Shown here piece after piece: positions 54,120-64,000 of a stretch of 64,000 nt of DNA; position 1 is the stretch's first letter, and the number at the start of each line of letters is the position of its first letter. The stretch lies in assembly GCF_009914755.1 (NCBI RefSeq), contig NC_060933.1; one strand, written 5' to 3'. This DNA comes from the human T2T-CHM13v2.0 reference genome, Homo sapiens. Under the pieces are notes generated by a model, which saw only the letters and a list, made by a program, of their open reading frames with translations, ran no database searches and was not told the DNA's origin. The position numbers and the translations under genes were made by a program.

Positions 54120-54620
54120 TGAGGAGGCAGAAACAAGGAAGAAGAAAAAAGAAAAGCCAGGAGATATAATAAGGAGATGACAGAAATAAAGCAAAATGAG
54201 AGGAAAATAGGATGGAAAAAAGGAAAGAATAAAGATAGAAAAGTCTGTATTTCAAAGATAAAGGAAGATTCATAAGACAAAATGAGAGGTAGAAAGTAAA
54301 AACACATAGGAGAGAGGGAGAGAAAGGGAGGGTAAATAGAAGCAGGGAGATACAAAAAGTGAAGGGAGAGGAAAAAAAGAAAAGCTGAGAAGTAGTAAAA
54401 TCTATACATAGTAAAGGAAAGACACCCGAGGTGAGGAGGAAGGAAGTTAGGCTGAAAGGGATGAAAAAGCAAAATGAAGTAATCAAACTAGTTGAGAAAG
54501 CAGTGAGAGACATAGCCGGCAGAAAGAAATACGGAGAGAAAAGGAAAACAAACCCAGCGGGAAGAAGATAGATGTAGGCAAAACAAGATTGAGGGAGATT
54601 CTTAGATAAAATGAAAAGAC
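54120..54620. repeat. ~500-bp purine-rich low-complexity tract
   Basis: Strongly A/G-biased + strand with no clear period. Confidence 0.8.
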
Positions 54621-54819
54621 TGTGTTTTCAAGTCGATCTTTTCCCTTGCCTCTACAAAGACATCATTTCATTTAACAACAAATGTGTGCGTTAAAATAGC
54701 CGAAAAACAAGTAATGCCGTAGAGCTGTGCATGCAGGGGATATTGTTTGGTCAGCAATGTCTCTCAGGAGACCCCAGGATTTCATTTAAGCTTTAGGAAC
54801 TATGCAAACATCATCATAA

Positions 54820-55065
54820 TAGCTAATATTAACTGGAAATGTACTATGCACTCGCACTGTGCTTAGCACGTTGAACAGTAATTTGCATGTAATTCTCACA
54901 ACAAGCCTATGAAATAGTTGCTATCAGTATCTTTGTTGGTCAATGAGGATAGGGAGGCTTAGAGAGGTTAAGATAATTTGCCTAAGGTTGCACAGCTTTA
55001 GGTGCCAGACCCAGAATCAAATCAGGTAGTGAAACTCCCTAGCCCATGATATTAACCACTTACTT
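54820..55065 (-). mobile_element. MIR
   Basis: AATAATAGCTAATATT...TAATTCTCACAACAAGCCTATGA...GAGGCTTAGAGAGGTTAAGATAATTTGCCTAAGGT. Confidence 0.8.
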
Positions 55066-55373
55066 TCCAAAAAGAAAAAAAAAAAAGCCATGGTATCTGG
55101 AAGCAGGGCTCAGAACTGGACACATTCAACCATGTTGGCTGAGTCCCACTGTGTACTTGGCACTAAGTTAATGGCCAGGAGACAATGAGAGATAAATAAG
55201 ACGTGATCTTGGCTTCCAAGAAGGTAATGAGGCAGGGCTGGGGAGAAGATATGTACATGCATGTTTCACAATTAGGGAAAGCATGTTTCTGTAGGTAAGA
55301 ACTAAATGTTGTGGACACAAAGATCTGGAATGACCCTTCATGGGCAGGCTTGACAAGGAAGAGTAGAACTTCT

Positions 55374-56058
55374 CAGTGAATGTTTTTCTGTAAAAAGCCA
55401 GGTAATAAATACTTTGGGCTTTGTAGGCTGCAGATCTGTGTCACAACTACTCAGCTCTTGCTTTAGAGCAGTGCAGTCCTCAACCTTTTTGCCGCCAGGG
55501 ACTGGTTTAGTGTAAGCCAATGTTTCCACGGACAGGAAATAGGGCTGGTTTCGGCATGAAACTGTTCCACCTCAGATCATCAGGCATAAATTGGATTCTC
55601 ATGAGGAGTGAGCAGCCTGGATCCCTTGCATGCCCAGATCACAGTAGGGTTCGTGCCCCTGCTCCTAGGAGAATCTAATGCCCCTCACTGCTCTGACAGG
55701 AGGCAGAGCTCAAGTGGTAATGCTGGCTCACCTGCTGCTCACCTCCTGCTGGGCAGCCTGGTTCCTAACAGGCCATGGACCTGTACCTGTCCTTGGCCTG
55801 AGCGTTGGAGGCCCCTGCATTAGAGCACCAAAAAAGCCACCGACAATATGTGAACAAATAAGCAAACATGGATGTATTCTGAGAAATTTTGTATTAAGGA
55901 CAATGAAATTTAAATGTCATATGATTATTTATGTGTCACGAAATATTACCTTTTAAACATTTCTTTCAGTCATTTACAAATATTTTTTAAAAGAACATTC
56001 TTAGCTCATGGGTGATGAGCTGAATTTGGCTGGGGGGGTTGTAGTTGGCCAATACCTG
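55374..56058. mobile_element. MER58B-like hAT element, interrupted by MER1B and lying within an L2 remnant
   Basis: TTTTTCTGTAAAAAGCCAGGTAATAAATACTTTGGGCTTTG...ACAACTACTCAGCTCT | MER1B | ...ACATTCTTAGCTCATGGG...GTAGTTGGCCAATACCTG. Confidence 0.8.
55469..55817. mobile_element. MER1B hAT-Charlie MITE
   Basis: CAACCTTTTTGCCGCCAGGGACTGGTTT...ATGAAACTGTTCCACCTCAGATCATCAGGCAT...GTTGGAGGCCCCTG; 8-bp TSD CTTTAGAG/CATTAGAG. Confidence 0.9.
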
Positions 56059-56769
56059 CCCTAGGGGAAATAAATAATTAAGGAGAGCATTCCCAGTATT
56101 GAGAGGCATGCTCGGAATCAGAGTGGCATGACAAGTCTTGGGGTTTCCTGAGAATTACTACTATCTTCCTCAAGTGCCAGGTGTAGCCTAGGGCATAATG
56201 GAGGTGAAGTTAGACATCTGTGTTGGGACTGGATTATGAAGTGTGTAGAATTCCACATAAAGAGCTTGAATGTTGTGACAATGGGGAGCCCTTGAAGTAG
56301 GTTTTAAGCAGGGATTTACTGCAGTTCAATTTAATTTTAGATATTAAAAAATGAATACGAGGATTGGGAGCTCTAGCTATAATTCATGGGTGCACTTATG
56401 AAGGCCCCAACTAAAGAAGAGTCAACAGATGTGACAGCAGGGGAAGTTCCAATCACTGCTTAAGAGGTGGAATTGATTGGCTTTGGTGATTGAATAGTTG
56501 AGGAGGAAAGATGCCCATTGTGGCTCACTTGTTAGTTACACTTTCAACGTGAATCAAAAGAAGTAAATGTCGTAAAAATACTGAGATATTCTGCAAAACC
56601 AAACAAGTATATGTATATAAATATGTGTGTGTGTACTTTCTAATTCTAAGAGTAATATGTGCTTATTTTAATTAATGCAAGGCTAGATACTATAATAAAC
56701 CAATTATACATTTTCAGTGACCACTTGAAATCCTTTGAACTTCACCTCTTATTTCAGCCATGTCAGTCA

Positions 56770-57233
56770 TGAATGGCCTAATTCAGGCATGACATAGCAA
56801 GACCTTGCATCAGACAGGCATTAGGCACCTCCGTCTTTCTGCCCTAGGACATCTCTGACTGATTAGCAAGGTACACTTTCATCACATACTCTGTGCAATC
56901 ATATGCAGCCTGGAAGCCAGAGAATCAGTGCCCCAGGGACCAGCTCTTGACCACTTGAAGATGAGAGCAGATGTATAAATGCTCCCTCCTTCCCTTCCAC
57001 AGGTATGCTGTTCTGAGGTAAATTTATATGCCTCTTCAGAAGTCCTGGTGGGATTGTGCACCAGCTGTCTGCAGTGAGGGTCAACTCAATAATATGTCTT
57101 TACAATCCCTTTTTCTCTGTCTCTAACTTCCTTCAGTGACCCCCTCACTCTGGCTCTCTGAATAAATTCCTAAAAAACTATCTGCCTACAATTTTTTTAT
57201 AGGCTCTGTTCTTAGGGAAAACCAGGCAAAGGA
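56770..57233 (+). mobile_element. LTR16-like ERVL LTR, probably nested in an old MLT1 (~56670-57595)
   Basis: GCAGCCTGGAAGCCAGAGAATCAGTGCCCC...GATGTATAAATGCTCC...AATAAA...AGGCTCTGTTCTTAGGGAAAACCAGGC. Confidence 0.6.
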
Positions 57234-57871
57234 ATTTGATTAACAACAGAAGCTTAATTTTTGCTTGGATAATCAAAAAATGTAGTTGTTCTACTTAGCA
57301 GGCAGCTTCCAAGGGGTAACTCAAGGACCCATGTTCCTTCTACCATGCGGCTTTGTCAACTTTTAGGACCTCAGAGTCCCCTCTGAGGAAAAAAGTAGAT
57401 AGAGAAGGTATAGTTGCTTCTTTAATTACACGTCTCCCATTCTCTCACATTCTATAAGGCAAGCATGGAATCACAGGGCCCCAGATGCAAGGGGGCCTGG
57501 GAAACATAGTGCCTGCTTAGTAGCTTTTTCTTAGCAAAACTCTACATGATGGATCAGGAATAATGTATTTTGGTCAACAGCCAGTCATTTCTACTTTAAT
57601 GTTCAATAAATACATTTTGTCAGTAAAAAAGAGTACATAAAATAAGTTGAAATCACTTATAACTCCACCATCCAGGGTTAGTCACTATTTCATTTTGATG
57701 TATTCCTACCTTCACTTTTTCCATATCGTTATTCATATGTTTAGAAATGTGTGTATATATAAATAAATATATATACATATATACTCAGAAGCCTCCAGTA
57801 ATTACAAATGTACATTTGCTTGCTTCACTTAACATTTTATTGTGAACATTATTGCATGTATTTTATATTCC

Positions 57872-58166
57872 TTTTTTTTTTTTTTTTGAGATGGAGTTTC
57901 GCTCTGTCACCCAGGCTGGAGTGCAGTGGCGCAATCTCGGCTCACTGAAACCTCTGCCTCCCGGGTTCAAGCAATTCTCTGCCTCAGAATCCTGAGTAGC
58001 TGGGATTACAGGTCCCCACCACCATGCCCAGGTAATTTTCATATTTTTAGTAGAGATGAGGTTTCACCATCTTGACCAGGCTGGTCTTGAACTCCTGACC
58101 TTGTGATCCACCCACCTCAGCCTCCCAAAGTGCTGGGATTACAGACGTGAGCCACCGCCCCCAGCC
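57872..58166 (-). mobile_element. AluS (Sg-like)
   Basis: Full-length; 13-bp TSD GTATTTTATATTC at 57858-57870 and 58167-58179. Confidence 0.95.
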
Positions 58167-58827
58167 GTATTTTATATTCTGATTGAGATGTCAGGAAGGT
58201 GGAATTTAAGTTGGCTGATTATGTGGAACGTGGAGACAAACCTCAACAGGCCCAGATGCAGCTCACAGTCTATGAGGGAGATAAGACCTAGACCTCTATA
58301 AACATATGGTCTATTATCTTAAGAGCTAACTTATGAATTGGTGCATTGCTGAAATGTGACCACCAAAGACTTTATGTGTCCTAACTTTAGTCACTTACTC
58401 TAATTTTTTTGTCCTTTCAGAGCTTAGTGAAAGTAATTGAATACTTTTTTGACATTTTTTGTTACAAAAAAAAGACCAACTAATATTTCATGAACATGTC
58501 AACGATTATTTCTGCCAGCCCAAAGTATGTAATGTAGCCTCACAGAGAAAAAGGGAAGAGAAATTGAAGGCAATGACAATATCCCCATTTGCACACAATT
58601 TAGGCAGTCATGGGGTTGTCCTCAATGCACTAATAATAGGACACAGAGAAGTATATCTATAACTAACAAAAATCTAATTCCTAAAGATGAATAAACTATT
58701 TTGCTTGGGGCAAGCATTTCTTCTTTTTTTCATAGTTTTATAACCAATACTATTTAAACATTAAAATTATTGCTGCTGAATCTGTATCAAACTCAAGCAG
58801 AGCCAAGCCAACTTGAGGGTGTTTTCT

Positions 58828-59135
<308 letters not shown>

Positions 59136-59739
59136 CTGAGGGTGTTTTCTGTTCTCTATTCTATTTACCCCAAAGCTGTTATGAAAGGGGAAATTTCATA
59201 TCTTTCCTCTGTGAACTGCTGGCCTCAAAGAAATTTTCCGCTATTGTTGCACCAGAGAGCAATGTGGATAAAATGTCATTGGAGTTCCAAGAAAAAAAGC
59301 TATAACTTCCATCAGGGACACAGAAAGTGTGAAAATGTTCACAATGAGCTTCCTGAAGGAAGCAGAACCTATTCTACAGGGTTGCAAGGTCCAATTAATG
59401 TGTAATTACCTGAAAAAGATATTTGATGGCTAAGAACTTTATGCTGAAATTAAACTGACTAGATTGAATACCAAGTTTGATACTAACTAAAAAGTGACCT
59501 TGGCAAAGTACTTTAACTTTCTGCATGTCCTTTAAAATAGAGCTGCTCACATGAAGTTATCATGGAGTTTCTATGAGAAATGCATGTAATAAATTATGTA
59601 AATTATCTGGAACGGTGTTTAGCCCATGGCAAGTGTTCCCCACATGTTACTCCAATTTTCTAGGTGCTAAATAAATGTTGAGTGGCATTGCAAAACTGTT
59701 TCTTTCAAATCTTGAAACACCTGGGAATTTAACATTTCC

Positions 59740-60460
59740 TTCAACATTTTTGAAGATTTTGACAAGTTTTCTAAAATGTTACATAGAAAAATAAAATTTT
59801 CACAAAGACCTAATTCAATTTGCAAACTAAAAGCAAAGAAGAAAAATTGTTTCTATCAGCCATGAACATATGAAAAAGTCATAGTAATAAAAAGTAATAT
59901 ATTTAAATGACAATGGACAGACTAGAGTGAAAAAATGTAAAGATTCTTGATAAGTGTAAAGATCTTAAAACCTGACCCATTTATAAGTGGCAACTTAGTA
60001 TATGATGAAGATAGTCCTATAAACTAATGAGGCAAAAAGAGTATAAAGATCTTAAAACCTGACCCATTTATAACTGGCAACTTAGTATATGATGAAGATA
60101 GTCCTATAAACTAGTGAGGAAAGGACAAATTATTTACTAGTTGGTGCTGGGAGAACTGAATCACTATATGGGGAAAAATAATGTTAAAACTCTGCCCTAC
60201 TGAGGATGGATTGGCAGCTCATATATAAATGAAAAAAAAAATACCACTAAGTCAATAGGTTCCAACATCAGAGAATTATAACCCTGTGGTAAAGAGATTT
60301 TCCTAAATATGACCCCAGATTTATAAACTATCAGGTTATGGGGAAAGTATGGATTTTTAAATATCAAAAGAATAGATTTTCATTCAAATGGACACCACAC
60401 ACAAGGCCAGCATGAACCGTATTTTAGCATATGGTATCTGCGATGGTGAAATATAATAAT
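59740..60460 (+). mobile_element. Ancient L1 (L1ME-like) ORF2 remnant
   Basis: TTGACAAGTTTTCTAAAATGTTACATAGAAA...GACCCATTTATA...ACTTAGTATATGAT...TGGTGCTGGGAGAACTG. Confidence 0.55.
59953..60122. repeat. 87-bp tandem duplication (2 copies)
   Basis: AGT(G/A)TAAAGATCTTAAAACCTGACCCATTTATAA(G/C)TGGCAACTTAGTATATGATGAAGATAGTCCTATAAACTA(A/G)TGAGG twice. Confidence 0.95.
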
Positions 60461-60477
60461 CCAACATCAATCTTACA

Positions 60478-62665
<2,188 letters not shown>

Positions 62666-62669
62666 AAGG

Positions 62670-64000
62670 AACACCACAGAGCAAAAGAGCCAAATAGAAT
62701 CCTCCAGTGATTGCACCCTCTGCTGGAACACCAAATTGAACAACTATTCATACAAGAAAGCACCTCTGTAAGAACTAAAAATCTAGTGAGTGATCACAGT
62801 ACCTGATTTTAGCATCCTATCAAGAAAAGAGGCATTAAGGTGGTTAGAAAAGACAGTCTTGAATTGCCAACATCAACACTCCCTCATCCTCTGGCAACAG
62901 CCACATGGCATGGAGAGAGAATCTATGTTCTTGAGAGAGGGACAGCACAGTGATTGTGGGGCTTTGCGTTGGAACTAGATGTTACCCGTCACAGTGGAAA
63001 GCTGTACTGGGCAGAATTCAACCTGTGCCCACTAAGGTAGCATTAAGCCAGCCCTAGCCAGAGGGGAAATGTCCCTCCCAGCGGTCAGAACCTGAGTTCT
63101 GGCTAGCTGCACTACCATGGGCTAAACAATCTGGGGTCCGAAATACACTTGGAAGGCAATCTAGGCCACAAAGACTGAAATTCCTGGGCAAATCCTAGTA
63201 CTTTGCTGGGCTCAGAGCCAGTAGGCTTGGCGTGTATGAGACCTAGTGAGATATTTTCTGCTGGAGGAGAGGGAAGAATAAAAAAGAATTTTTCTTGCAA
63301 TGTGGATACCAGCTCAGCCACGTAGAATAGGACATTAGTCAGAGTCCTAAGTCCCACATTCAAGGATCTAGCTCCTAGATGACATTTCTAGACACATCCT
63401 AAGCCAGAAGTGAACCCACTTTCTTGAAAGGAAGGACCTAGTTCTGGCAGGATTTATCACCACTGACTAAAAAGCACTTTGGCCTTGAATAAACACCAGC
63501 AGTAGCCAGACAATTTTTGCCATGGACTTTGGGTGAGACTATGCCGTGCTGGCTTCAGCATGACCCAGCACATTCCCAGCTGTAGTGGCCATAGTGAGAG
63601 ACTCCTTATCCTTGAGGAAAGCAAAGGAAAGATTGGGAAGAACTTTGTTTTACAGCTTGGGTACCAGGTCAGCTGCAGTAAAATAGAGCACCAAGTAGAT
63701 TCCTGAGGCTCCTCACTCCAGGCCCTGCCTCCCAGACCAGGAGAAGAGCTCACCATCCTAAAGGGAAGGACACAAGTCTGTCTGGATTTACCACCTGTTG
63801 AGCAAAGAGCCCTTAGGCCTTGGATGAACATCAGCAGTAGCCAGGCAGTGGTCACAACAGACCTTGGGTGGGACCCAGTACTATACTGGCTTCATGTCTG
63901 ACGTGGCCCAGTCTCAGTGGTTGTGACCACAAGGGTGCTTGTGTTACCCGTGCTCCAGCTCCAAACAGCTCAGCATGGAGATAGAGCCTTTGTTTGTTTG
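62670..64000 (+). mobile_element. Second L1 5' UTR (L1PB/L1MA1-3-like), continuing beyond the window
   Basis: CCAAATAGAATCCTCCAGTGAT...GGAACACCAAATTGAACAACTAT...AAAGCACCT; internally repeated module AAGGAAGGAC...GGATTTA...CAGCAGTAGCCAG at ~63425 and ~63760. Confidence 0.75.

Overview
This is AT-rich, CpG-poor primate non-coding DNA, almost certainly human, because it carries an AluYb8 matching the consensus and that subfamily is human-specific. I see no supportable protein-coding gene, RNA gene, CpG island or CRISPR array. The listed ORFs are chance ORFs, low-complexity artefacts, Alu/LTR read-throughs or decayed LINE-1 ORF1/ORF2 pieces. The window is a layered transposon record: 16 Alus (J, S, Y, Yb8), a near full-length L1PA15/16-like element, a 5'-inverted old L1MC-like element, two L1 5' ends, a complete MST (MaLR) provirus, several solo MaLR/ERVL LTRs, hAT MITEs (MER58, MER20, MER1B, MER5), and many MIR and L2 remnants. 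I found no new gene system. The most interesting signals are structural: several locally templated 'patchwork' insertions (a repair or integration signature), an Alu with a ~56-bp target-site duplication, a twin-priming-type L1 inversion containing a copy of the neighbouring LTR, a possibly polymorphic AluYb8, and a few motif-dense unique segments that could be enhancers. Subfamily names come from my recall of consensus sequences and need RepeatMasker/Dfam confirmation. Coordinates of old repeats are approximate.
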